Assembly (NCBI GenBank): GCA_016180965.1
Contig: JACPAF010000002.1
Coordinates: 1,278-65,277 of the forward strand
Origin: Candidatus Aenigmatarchaeota archaeon
Lineage (GTDB): Archaea; Aenigmatarchaeota; Aenigmatarchaeia; JACPZZ01
Length of the DNA: 64,000 nt
Reading direction: 5' to 3'
This document shows, one piece after another, positions 24,859 through 34,151 of the stretch; the first letter of the stretch is position 1; every line of letters starts with the position of its first letter. Position numbers and translations under genes: made by a program. Under the pieces are notes generated by a model. The model saw only the letters and a program-made list of their open reading frames with translations. It was not told the origin of the DNA and ran no database searches.

Positions 24859-26329
24859 TTAATCCATTCTCGCTATGATATACATTGCATTCGGCCACAG
24901 GGAAATATCATTTTTTGCGCCCGGCTTCATTGAAGGAATCCCAGTGGGGGTGAAGTTTTCATTGATCATGTCCATGATTATCCTGTATTTTTTCATATTG
25001 CCCAGTTTTTTGTGCGCCCATGCAAGCCATGCAGTGCTGACAAAACACGTTTTGTCAGATGTTGAATTCCTTTTTAGCCCGTTGTCCCAGAGGCTGTCTT
25101 CTATTTTTTCCAGGGTCTTTTCGGTTTTTTCGTTCCAATTGTCCACCATTCCAAACGGGACTAACATGGATAACATGTACGCGTCGACGTCTTTTTCGTT
25201 GTATGCTTTGTGGTAAATTTCATCGGAGCACATGAACAAATAAGATTCTTTCAATTTTTCCGATAAGGAGTTCCATTCCTGGGACAGGTTTTCGTGACCC
25301 ATTTTTTTAGCCATTATAGAAGCCGCGTTGAATGCGAAATGCGAGCTAGCTGCAATATAAGCGTTTACGTTGAAGTTGTCTTCCCAAGGAGTCAGTGAAG
25401 GCGACATAAGGCCGGTTTTGAGGTTGAAGTTCTTTTGCAATTCTTCCGCGGCGTAACGTGTTGTGTTCCACATTTCCGCTATGAACTTGTTGTCCTTGGT
25501 TTTCTTGTAATGCGAATAAATCCCCCAAACCGCCGTAGCGAGTTGGTCCGTCCTTTTTTCATTATTATTTGTTGCGGTTCCGTCGGCGAACATGAGGTAT
25601 TTGTGCTTTGTTATTGCATTTTTCAGCCAAGAATAGAATTTCGCAGCTTCTGAGTGATATCCTGCTAAATCGAAAGCGTAAGCGGCATAGACGCTGTCCC
25701 GTATCCATGAATATCTTGTCCGTGTTGAGTGTGCTTGTCATTATTTTGTTGACGTCTTTAACGGAATTCGATATTGCAATAAATATGGCGGCTTTGTTGT
25801 TTCCATCTTTGTCAGGTGCTGTGAAAAAAGACATCACTGAGGTTGATTCTCCCGCGTTTTTTTCCTGGAGCGAATCCATTTCTATTTCCCCGACGTCGTG
25901 TTCTTTTATTTCATTGGGTGAAAAAACGCAAAGCGCAACGTCCTTGTTTTTGTGCAGCATTCCGCTTTCGAATATTACCGAATCTTTTTTTTGGTTTTCT
26001 CCAAGCTGGGTTTTTGTGCAGCAATAAATCATCGCCGGTTCGTTGGTTGAAATTATCCTGAGCAAACAATTTTCCATGGGCAGGACAAAATCCTTTATAT
26101 GAATTATTGCAGTCCCCTTTTTGGTCGTGGTTTCAAGTATGTTTGAATTTTCGACATATTGCTGCTTTGTTTTCCATTCGTCTATCCACGATACGGCGTT
26201 GTCGTTAAATGAAAAAATTCCAATGCGAGATTCCACCATGTTTTGGAAATTGTTTACTGTGGGCCAGAAAAGTTTTGTTATTTTGGAATCCTCGACGGTT
26301 GCAAGCATTTTACCGTTTCCGATGATCAT
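24859..26329 (-). pseudogene. glycoside hydrolase family 15 (glucoamylase/glucodextranase-like), frameshifted
   Basis: The N-terminal beta-sandwich part is ORF 25565-26329. The catalytic part continues in another frame as RYSWIRDSVYAAYAFDLAGYHSEAAKFYSWL...ATAVWGIY...TPWEDN (24859 to about 25737). The frame change lies within 25711-25737. Confidence 0.65.
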
Positions 26330-26394
26330 GAATAATATTTGTCGGAGGGTTAATATAACCCTGCAGAAAGAAAAATTTAGAAAAAATCAAACCC

Positions 26395-28128
26395 TCAGGA
26401 GTAATTTGCAAGCAGGTTTTTTTCGTCTTCTCTCAGGTTTGAATAAAGTTCCCGGAGAGTTTTTATGTCGTTTTCATCCAGGACTGCGGTCAATATGTCG
26501 CCTTCGTTTATCTGCCTTCCTATTGCCGGCTCGTCCATCGAGACTGCGACACGCTTGCCTTTTTCAGCGGTTGCGACGTTTTGTCCCTGGTCCTGCAGCT
26601 CTTTTATCGTGCCTATAGTTTTCCCGTCATTTTTGCGTTTCATCAAATAGCCTGTTTTCAAAACACCACATAAAACCTCGACACCAAAAACCGCCGGTTT
26701 CGAGTCCCTGAACACGAACCCGGGCAATATGCGCATTTCGGCGGGCCTTGTTATTTTTTCCAGGCGTTCGTTTATCGAGTTTTTCTTCAATTCTTGGGAC
26801 CATTTTTGATACTCTTCTATGAGCCTGTAAATTATGTTTGAGGATATTATTTTCACTTTCTGTGTCCTAGCGTAATTTTCCGCATCTTCCAGAATTTCGT
26901 TGTTGAACACCATTATTGCCCGATTTTCGGGGTTTGAATTTTCAATTTCCATCACATCGAGTTTCGTGACGGGTCCGACTTCAGCTTTTCTTATCGGCAC
27001 ATTCGAGTCTTTCAGGATTTTTATCAAGGCTTCCAACGACCCTAATGTGTCTGTTTTTATTGACACACCTTCGTTTTCAGCGGAAAATTCAACTGATTGC
27101 ACGTCTTTTTGCACCAAAGATTTAAGTTTTTCTATTTCATTTTTATCCGGTGTGGACAGCAGTGGATTCCCAGCTACAACTTTTTCCAGGTCCGGCGCGG
27201 ATATTTTTATTCCCGCCGCCGCATGAACGGAGTCAGTTTGTACGAAGTTTTTTTCCATTCCCATTTGTTTTAATGCCGGCGGTTTTAGAAGCGCTTTTAC
27301 CTTTGTGACTATTGGTTCTTTGCCTCCGATTACTATGAAATCATTTTTCTCTATCGAGCCGTTGTAGAGTATAACGTCTATTGTTGTTCCAAGGCCGCGT
27401 ATTTCCTTGACTTCCAGCACGGTCCCTTCGCCGTCTTTTCCTGTTATTTCCAGCCTTTCTTTCAGGAACTGTTGGGCTAATCCTGCTACAGTCATCAGCA
27501 AATCCGCTATGCCTTCTCCCGTGGGGCTTGATACCGGAACTATGGCAATTTGTTTCGTGAAATCGCTGACACGGTCGAAGCGTTCTGATTGAAAGCCATG
27601 TTCAGATAATTTTCCAACTATTTTGTAAATTTTTTCCTCCAGCTCGTCTATGGCCATCGGTGATTGGTTTTCGACGTTTTGTATAAAAGGAATGTCTTCG
27701 TTCCGTTTCCATCCGCTTATCCTGTCAAGCTTCGTGGCAGCCACGATGAACGGCGTTTTATAATGTTTTAGTATTTCTATGGATTCGAGGCTTTGTTGCT
27801 GCAGGCTTTCGTGTAAATCCACGACTAGGATGGCTATGTCAGCTATCGATCCGCCCCGTTTCCTTATTGTGGTGAAAGCTTCGTGGCCTGGTGTGTCTAA
27901 AAACAACAGGCCTGGAATTGTCAACGTGACTCCCATCCTTTCAAGCAGCGGGCCGCATATTTTTTTGATGGAGTCTGCCGGAATTTCAGATGCGCCTACA
28001 TGCTGCGTTATGCCGCCGGCCTCTATTTTTGTGACAGCGGTTCCCCTAATACGGTCCAGCAAAGACGTTTTCCCGTGGTCCACGTGGCCTAGCACAGCTA
28101 CTATAGGTTGTCGTATCATACGGATCAC
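26395..28128 (-). CDS. infB: translation initiation factor aIF5B (IF-2)
   Basis: RQPIVAVLGHVDHGKTSLLD, DTPGHEAF, ATKLD. Normal length and no intein-like insertion. Confidence 0.9.
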   Translation of the reverse strand: MIRMIRQPIVAVLGHVDHGKTSLLDRIRGTAVTKIEAGGITQHVGASEIPADSIKKICGPLLERMGVTLTIPGLLFLDTPGHEAFTTIRKRGGSIADIAILVVDLHESLQQQSLESIEILKHYKTPFIVAATKLDRISGWKRNEDIPFIQNVENQSPMAIDELEEKIYKIVGKLSEHGFQSERFDRVSDFTKQIAIVPVSSPTGEGIADLLMTVAGLAQQFLKERLEITGKDGEGTVLEVKEIRGLGTTIDVILYNGSIEKNDFIVIGGKEPIVTKVKALLKPPALKQMGMEKNFVQTDSVHAAAGIKISAPDLEKVVAGNPLLSTPDKNEIEKLKSLVQKDVQSVEFSAENEGVSIKTDTLGSLEALIKILKDSNVPIRKAEVGPVTKLDVMEIENSNPENRAIMVFNNEILEDAENYARTQKVKIISSNIIYRLIEEYQKWSQELKKNSINERLEKITRPAEMRILPGFVFRDSKPAVFGVEVLCGVLKTGYLMKRKNDGKTIGTIKELQDQGQNVATAEKGKRVAVSMDEPAIGRQINEGDILTAVLDENDIKTLRELYSNLREDEKNLLANYS

Positions 28129-28154
28129 ATTATTAGAAGTAGATGTTGGATCGA

Positions 28155-28745
28155 CTATAAATTTGATTCTACCGCGGATTTTATGAGGTTGAAAACCTCT
28201 TCCGGCGGTTTCGTGCCGTCAACCAATATTACATTTGGGAATTCTTTCGAAAGAGTTTTATAATTCTCGCGTATTTTTTTTAATTTTTCTTTTTCTTCGA
28301 ACAGTTCGATTTTTGGCCTTGAACTTTTTATCCGGTTTATAGATATGTCTTCGGGTACGTCGATTATTATTGTCAGGTCCGGCTTCCGGAATTTTTCATT
28401 TAATTTTTTCAGCCATTCCGCGTCCTCGTTTAAAGATCCGAATGCGATAGTTGACATGATGTAGCGGTCCGTCACGACGATTTTGTTTTGTTCTAGCGCG
28501 GGAATTATTTCGGATTCCAAGTGGTGCGCACGGTCTGCGCAGAACAAAAGCTGCAAAGTTTTTTGGTCTGTGGTTATTTCTTTCCTTAACACAGATCTTA
28601 TAGTTTTTCCTATAAAATTTTCCGTTGGCTCTTTTGTTTGAAGAACTTCTTTACCTTTGCTGCGCAGCCATTCGCATAACATCTTTGTCTGAGTCGATAA
28701 GCCGGATCCGTCACAGCCTTCGATCGCTATTAATTTGCCTTTCAC
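28155..28745 (-). CDS. tmk: thymidylate kinase
   Basis: GKLIAIEGCDGSGLSTQ P-loop, DRY motif (VTDRYIMS), LID region. Confidence 0.85.
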   Translation of the reverse strand: MKGKLIAIEGCDGSGLSTQTKMLCEWLRSKGKEVLQTKEPTENFIGKTIRSVLRKEITTDQKTLQLLFCADRAHHLESEIIPALEQNKIVVTDRYIMSTIAFGSLNEDAEWLKKLNEKFRKPDLTIIIDVPEDISINRIKSSRPKIELFEEKEKLKKIRENYKTLSKEFPNVILVDGTKPPEEVFNLIKSAVESNL

Positions 28746-28806
28746 AAAAAAACCTTGTTTTGTAGAAATATAAGTTATCTTCGTTTATTGATTTGACATG
28801 GTTTGA

Positions 28807-29370
28807 TTACCTGCCGGTTGTGTGGAATTCATCGGCGCGCTTGTATTCGTGCAGTTCTTCGGTTTTAAACCACAAAGCGATTTCCCTTTTTGCGTCTTCC
28901 GCGGAGCCGGATGCATGGACGATGTTACGGCCGCCGGTTCCGGTTACAGATGAATATATCATGCTCGCGTGGGCGTAGTCGCCTCGAATGGTTCCGGGAG
29001 CGGCTTCATGCGGGGATGTCGAGCCAACAATTGAACGCACATTCTTAACTGCGTGCACGCCTTCAAGTACGATTGCGACTACCGGGCTTTCGGTTATGAA
29101 ATTTATGAGGTCTTCCCAAGTTTTTTCTCCCAGTTCCTTCTCGCTTTTAGTCGTGTTGATACCGAACTCCTTGAGACCCTCAGAAGTCTTTTTTCCGAAC
29201 AGTTTGGCCATGTCTTTGGGATAATGATTTTCGGCGAATTCCCTGTTTATGTGGATCATTTTCATGCCGATTATTTTTAAACCTTTCCGTTCAAAGCGGT
29301 TCACAACCTCGCCTATCAATCCTCTTTGAACGCCGTCCGGCTTTACCAATACCAATGTCCTTTCTATCAT
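28807..29370 (-). CDS. ndk: nucleoside diphosphate kinase (with internal insertion)
   Basis: ERTLVLVKPDGVQRGLIGEV, NIVHASGS (catalytic His). It carries an insert of about 35 aa (GKKTSEGLKEFGIN...) as seen in some archaeal NDKs. Start taken at the Met before ERTLVLVKPD. Confidence 0.85.
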   Translation of the reverse strand: MIERTLVLVKPDGVQRGLIGEVVNRFERKGLKIIGMKMIHINREFAENHYPKDMAKLFGKKTSEGLKEFGINTTKSEKELGEKTWEDLINFITESPVVAIVLEGVHAVKNVRSIVGSTSPHEAAPGTIRGDYAHASMIYSSVTGTGGRNIVHASGSAEDAKREIALWFKTEELHEYKRADEFHTTGR

Positions 29371-29416
29371 TCTGAATCCCTTTTTGGAAAACAACGAAAA
29401 TCAACGGATTTTCGTG

Positions 29417-29441
29417 CACTGGAAACCCTTGATTTCCAGTG
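29417..29441. promoter_or_regulatory. perfect 9-bp inverted repeat in divergent promoter region
   Basis: CACTGGAAA-CCCTTGA-TTTCCAGTG lies between ndk (minus) and the DPCK-like gene (plus). Two further small hairpins follow at 29457-29471 and 29473-29489. Confidence 0.4.
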
Positions 29442-29557
29442 AGGTCTTTAGGAACCCCAAAAACCTTTTGGTGTTTTGTTGACCAAAACACTTTGTTTAG
29501 TTCATTTTTGTAAGAACGGGTTATTAAGCTTATTTTTCAGAATGCACAAGTGGAATT

Positions 29558-30052
29558 ATGTATAAATTACCTGTCGGCATGCGCGGCGAGCTTAGAAGGC
29601 CGTTGGGCAGGGTTTTCGTTGACACCGATTCATTGATCAGGTTTTTGTCAAAAACTAAGTTTTCCAAGCTGATAGCGGTCGGGGATATTTGCTCAAAAGA
29701 ATTGATTCTGAGCGGCGTGACGCCTGATTTGATAATAATAGATAGAAAAACAAGGCGCAGGAAAGTCAGGTGGGATGTTAAATTCAATGCTAAAAAAATC
29801 AAGGTTCGGAATAAGAAATCTACGATTTCCGATGAACTTGTGTCTTGTGTGAGGAGATCTTTTAAAAGAAAGACCTTGATAGACGTGAGCGGGGAAGAAG
29901 ATTTGGCCGTTTTGCCCGTAATAAAGTATTGTCCTTCCAACTCTATAGTTGTTTACGGACTCTGGTTCAGGGGTGTAGTTGCTGTTAAAGCCAACCGAGG
30001 CGTTAAATCCAGGGTGGATAATTTGATGAAAGGGATGGATTATGAAAATTGA
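29558..30052 (+). CDS. GTP-dependent dephospho-CoA kinase (DUF359 family)
   Basis: LRRPLG, IAVGDICSKEL, PDLIIIDRKTRR and GEEDLAVLPVI match the archaeal DUF359 pattern. Confidence 0.6.
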   Translation: MYKLPVGMRGELRRPLGRVFVDTDSLIRFLSKTKFSKLIAVGDICSKELILSGVTPDLIIIDRKTRRRKVRWDVKFNAKKIKVRNKKSTISDELVSCVRRSFKRKTLIDVSGEEDLAVLPVIKYCPSNSIVVYGLWFRGVVAVKANRGVKSRVDNLMKGMDYEN

Positions 30053-30884
30053 TAAGGATCATATAGCAATTCTCCGCGTAATTGAGGGGTTGGGGAGAAG
30101 ATACAAGCATGCCCCAATAGATGAGATTACATCAAAGCTGCCGATGGCTCCGAAGAAATCGAGATTCCTTATATCAGAATTGAACAAGATGGGATACCTG
30201 ACTTTCTTTACACATCGCGACACGGGAGTTGCGGTAAAAATTGCGGATACGGGTTTCGACGTTTTGTCGTTATGGGATTTCAAGAAACACGGCGTTATAA
30301 CAAACATAGGCTCTGTGATTGGAACTGGCAAGGAATCTGACATAATATCCGCGGAGACGAAAAACGGTTTCGCAGCTGTAAAAATGAACCGTTATAATCA
30401 AAAGGAATTTATCAAGATCAAGAAATCCTTGTCATGGACTGCGGTAAAGCGTGTCATTGAAAATCTGGGGATAAGGGAATATGAAATAAATGTTCCGCGC
30501 GCAAAGGCGCAGACCGAGTTTAAGGTTTTAACAGACTTGCAAGGCATAATACCCGTACCGGAACCTTACGCGATTAACAGGCACGCTGTTTGCATGCAAT
30601 TTATCGGGGACAAGTCTCTTCCGGCTAAAATTTTGGCCAAGGTTGTTTTAAAAGAACCTGTCGACGTGTTGGATTTGATAATTGAAGATTACGAAAAGGC
30701 TGCGAAAAAATGGATTCACGGGGATTTTTCAGAATTTAATATAATGATAACGGATGACGGCGAACTTTATTACATCGACTGGCCGCAAGCGGTCCCTGCG
30801 AATTACGAAAATGCGGATAAAATGAAAGAACGCGACCTGGCAAATATAAAAAATTATTTCAGGAAGAAGTACGGTTTGAATTAG
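30042..30884 (+). CDS. rio2: RIO-type serine/threonine kinase Rio2
   Basis: N-terminal winged helix, GTGKESDII, catalytic IHGDFSEFNIM, and metal-binding YIDWPQ. Confidence 0.8.
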   Translation: MKIDKDHIAILRVIEGLGRRYKHAPIDEITSKLPMAPKKSRFLISELNKMGYLTFFTHRDTGVAVKIADTGFDVLSLWDFKKHGVITNIGSVIGTGKESDIISAETKNGFAAVKMNRYNQKEFIKIKKSLSWTAVKRVIENLGIREYEINVPRAKAQTEFKVLTDLQGIIPVPEPYAINRHAVCMQFIGDKSLPAKILAKVVLKEPVDVLDLIIEDYEKAAKKWIHGDFSEFNIMITDDGELYYIDWPQAVPANYENADKMKERDLANIKNYFRKKYGLN

Positions 30885-32074
30885 CGCAACACGCCGATTG
30901 ACCAGTCTGTGCCATAGCTTTTTTTGGCCTTTTGGTATTTGGCCCAAATTTCGTCCGATATCTTTCCTCCCGTATGCATGTATTCCATCACTGTGTCTGA
31001 GTCTATGGCTGCCCGTACATTGGGCAAATGATTTTGCAATTCCCTCCTGACGTCCATCAGATTCCTTCCTTTCAAATCCCTTGAATTGGGCGGGATTAGT
31101 TGGAAATGCACAGCGGCAAAGCCGTCTTCTACTTGTGCATTTGGATATCTTATTCTGAGAAATTCCGCCCATTGTCTCATGCTTTCCCCGGTAAGAATCG
31201 AATCGTCCACCACCATTGCCCTGTAGGTTTTTCCTTTTTCTTGAGTTTGGTCGGTTAAACCGCTGAATTCTTTTTGTCTAATTCCCCTGTTTTCCTCGAT
31301 TTGCGGGGAAATCCAGAGGTATCTGGCGTGGTCCCTGACTTGGCCCACTACCAATCTTTCCATGGCATCCACCCGCGCGTTATAAGATGCGTCTTTTGCG
31401 GACATTCCGCCAGTTTCGTATAGTTCCTTCATTTCTAGAAATGTGTTTTTTGCTCTTGTCCTTGATTGGCGACCCCTTCTCACTACTGCGAAATCCGGAT
31501 CCGCATTGGTTCCCATAAAGTATGCAAGGGCTGTGGCTGCGGGTACCGCAGAACCGTCTGCGATAATCGTGTTAAATCCATAGCCTGATGGTTTGTCCTT
31601 TCCCGGTTCGTAGAATTCTACAGCAGATCTTGCGGTTCTTGATGCCCAAATATCCAGGCTTTTCGAGTCTAGCATCGGGGGAACCCATACCCGGGCGAAC
31701 GGTTTCACATCTTCCGTGTACGCGCCGACCATTTCCGGTACGCTGACACTCGAATTTTCGGGAAGATTATAACTGATAAAAACCCTATTTGCGTTTCCCA
31801 ACCTCAGCGCCATTAGAGTTGCGATGGGCACACCTTTGTATGCGGGTCCAAAAACGAGGTCAGGCTCTTCTCCAACAGCCATTGTCATAGTGCTGTAAAA
31901 AGTTTCCGTGAATTCCCTCATTCTTTTGGCCGTACCTATGGCCCGGCCAAATCTCATGAACAGCCCTTGTTCCCTGGCCCATTCGGGCATTTTTCCGGGA
32001 TTTATTTCTATTACACCAGAATTAACCAAAAAATCTATAAACCTTCTTTTTACCAGTGGAGCCTGTTGCATCAT
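30881..32074 (-). CDS. phosphoribosyltransferase-family protein with large internal insertion
   Basis: N-terminus is PyrE-like (FIDFLVNSGVIE..., DLVFGPAYKGVPIATLMAL). The PRPP-binding loop MVVDDSILTGES appears only about 190 aa later. The intervening segment is unassignable. Confidence 0.45.
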   Translation of the reverse strand: MMQQAPLVKRRFIDFLVNSGVIEINPGKMPEWAREQGLFMRFGRAIGTAKRMREFTETFYSTMTMAVGEEPDLVFGPAYKGVPIATLMALRLGNANRVFISYNLPENSSVSVPEMVGAYTEDVKPFARVWVPPMLDSKSLDIWASRTARSAVEFYEPGKDKPSGYGFNTIIADGSAVPAATALAYFMGTNADPDFAVVRRGRQSRTRAKNTFLEMKELYETGGMSAKDASYNARVDAMERLVVGQVRDHARYLWISPQIEENRGIRQKEFSGLTDQTQEKGKTYRAMVVDDSILTGESMRQWAEFLRIRYPNAQVEDGFAAVHFQLIPPNSRDLKGRNLMDVRRELQNHLPNVRAAIDSDTVMEYMHTGGKISDEIWAKYQKAKKSYGTDWSIGVLR

Positions 32075-32135
32075 TTATCACTTAATAACTAGTTATCTGA
32101 TAACATTTTAAACGCAACAAATTGTCTCGATTTTA

Positions 32136-32441
32136 CTATTTATCGGCGTAATGTGAAGCGTACCAAGTTCCTGTGGCATTTCTGAACGCAGATGCAGTTT
32201 CGTTGTCAGCAGGATCTATCAAATAAACTTTTATCCTTCTTGGTGCGTAACCTGATCCGCCGTTTTTGACCGCATCAGAAGTTTCTTCGTACCTGAGTCC
32301 GTGATTTTGCGAAACTCTTCTAATTCTCCCAGCTTCGGATATAGCCTCCCTTATTCTTAGACTGTTTACTTCGTCTGCACCAGACGTTACAGTGTCTGAT
32401 AGCTCAAAAACCAGGAGTTTTTTCATGTCCGCTATAACCAT
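32136..32441 (-). CDS. hypothetical protein
   Basis: 101-aa ORF immediately upstream of, and co-directional with, the PRT-like gene. No recognisable motif. Confidence 0.4.
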   Translation of the reverse strand: MVIADMKKLLVFELSDTVTSGADEVNSLRIREAISEAGRIRRVSQNHGLRYEETSDAVKNGGSGYAPRRIKVYLIDPADNETASAFRNATGTWYASHYADK

Positions 32442-32568
32442 ATTTTTACACCTTTTGCGTGGCGGTTTAACTTTTTATTTGGATATTAACTACCATTTAT
32501 GAGATTTATATGTGTTTCTATATTCGGTAAAAGACGTACAAAACATTTATATCCGGTGGTTAACGGTT

Positions 32569-33531
32569 TTATTTTTTGTATAAAGCGAATTGGGCCAATA
32601 ATGCTTCCAGTTGTATGATTTCGTCGCATCCTTCTGACAAGCGGAACTCGCATTCACCCACTTTTTCAATCATTGAGATTTTTGATTTTTCATCGATTTC
32701 CAAATCAAAAATTTGCCTGTGAATTTCCGATATAATATCTTTGCCGGAAAGTCCCTGGTCGATGATTATTTTTTTCAGGAGTTCGCGCGCCGACCTGAAA
32801 TCGCCAGTTACAGCATTGGTTAACATTCCGCTTATTTCCTTTGGTTTTGCCCGAGCCGCAATTTCGAAAATGTCGTTTTCAGATATTTCCGTTTTCGTAG
32901 TTGCGGCGGCTTGCAGGATGTTTATGGCTTTTCTCATGTCGCCTTCTGAAAGCTCTGAAATAGATTTCACTGCTTCCTTGCCAATTTTTAACCCTTCCTT
33001 TGAAGCGATTTTGGAGACCTGTTTTTCAATATGATCGGCTTCAAGAGAACGGAAACGGAACACTGCACATCTGGATTGTATGGGTTCGATAATTTTTGAC
33101 GAGTAATTGCAGCTGATAATAAAACGGGCCGTGTTTGTGTAATTTTCCATAGTCCTTCTTAGTGCGTTTTGGGCCTCGTTCGTTAAAGCATCGGCTTCGT
33201 CCAGAAAAATTAATTTAAACGGCACATTTCCAAGCGACTTGGTGCGGGCGAATTCCTTGACTTTGTTGCGTATTACGTCGATGCCCCGTTCGTCCGATGC
33301 ATTGAGGTCCAGGAAGTTTTGTTTCCATGTTTCTCCGAACAAGGAGCGTGCCATTATCAAAGCTGCCGTAGTTTTGCCGCAGCCTGCCGGGCCGGAAAAC
33401 ATCATGTGCGGCAGGTTTTTGCTTTTCGCAAATTCCTCAAGGCGTTTGGTTATTTGCCCCTGGCCGGTTAAATCGCTAAAATCTTTAGGCCTGTGTTTTT
33501 CCGTCCACATTTCAAATTGTTTTTCCTGCAT
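32569..33531 (-). CDS. rfcS: replication factor C small subunit
   Basis: WTEKHRP, FSGPAGCGKTT, LDEADALT, SRC motif (PIQSRCAVFRF). Confidence 0.9.
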   Translation of the reverse strand: MQEKQFEMWTEKHRPKDFSDLTGQGQITKRLEEFAKSKNLPHMMFSGPAGCGKTTAALIMARSLFGETWKQNFLDLNASDERGIDVIRNKVKEFARTKSLGNVPFKLIFLDEADALTNEAQNALRRTMENYTNTARFIISCNYSSKIIEPIQSRCAVFRFRSLEADHIEKQVSKIASKEGLKIGKEAVKSISELSEGDMRKAINILQAAATTKTEISENDIFEIAARAKPKEISGMLTNAVTGDFRSARELLKKIIIDQGLSGKDIISEIHRQIFDLEIDEKSKISMIEKVGECEFRLSEGCDEIIQLEALLAQFALYKK

Positions 33532-33618
33532 AATTCTTCAATAAGAACAAGAGAGCATGAAATATAAAGTATAATTTGGGTGATTTCCAGTTAAGCTTTG
33601 CGTTAAGAGCAGGTATCT

Positions 33619-34119
33619 ATGATAATAATTATTACCGGAACCCCCGGAACCGGAAAAACAGCGGTTTCAAAAGAGCTTGTAAATATTTTGAATAAAAATG
33701 GGAAAGAGAAATTTAAACTTATTCATTTGAACGATGAAATACTCAGCCGTAAATTGTGGTCTTCGGTTGACAAAAAAAGGAAATCTAAAAATGCGGATAT
33801 GCGAAAATTAAAAAAATTCATTTCGGAACAATCGAAGGAAAATAAAAATTTGGTTATAGAAAGCCACCTTGCGCATTATTTTGGCGGGGACTTGGTTTTT
33901 GTCCTGCGGGCGGGCATAAATGAACTGAGAAACAGGATGAAAATGCGCGGTTGGAGCGAAGCGAAGATCGAGGAAAATTTAGAGGCTGAGCGTTTAAACT
34001 TAATTTTGGGCGAGTCGCTGGATATTCACGGCAGCGGATGCATCGAAATTGATACAACCGGAAAAACGGCAAAAGCTGTTGCCAAGCGTATTATGAAATC
34101 GCTTGGCGGCTTTTTATAA
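33619..34119 (+). CDS. adenylate kinase-like NTPase (Fap7/AK6 type)
   Basis: MIIIITGTPGTGKTAVSKEL P-loop, about 165 aa, with a LRNRMKMRGW lid-like segment. Confidence 0.55.
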   Translation: MIIIITGTPGTGKTAVSKELVNILNKNGKEKFKLIHLNDEILSRKLWSSVDKKRKSKNADMRKLKKFISEQSKENKNLVIESHLAHYFGGDLVFVLRAGINELRNRMKMRGWSEAKIEENLEAERLNLILGESLDIHGSGCIEIDTTGKTAKAVAKRIMKSLGGFL

Positions 34120-34151
34120 CATTTATATTATAGCTTCCATTATCATCGTCT

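Noticed and set aside
26395-28128. A check for inteins in aIF5B. I also checked RFC, Orc1/Cdc6 and the P-type ATPase, which are common archaeal intein hosts.
   Set aside because: All have normal lengths and uninterrupted motif spacing, and none shows C...HNC/S/T intein block patterns.
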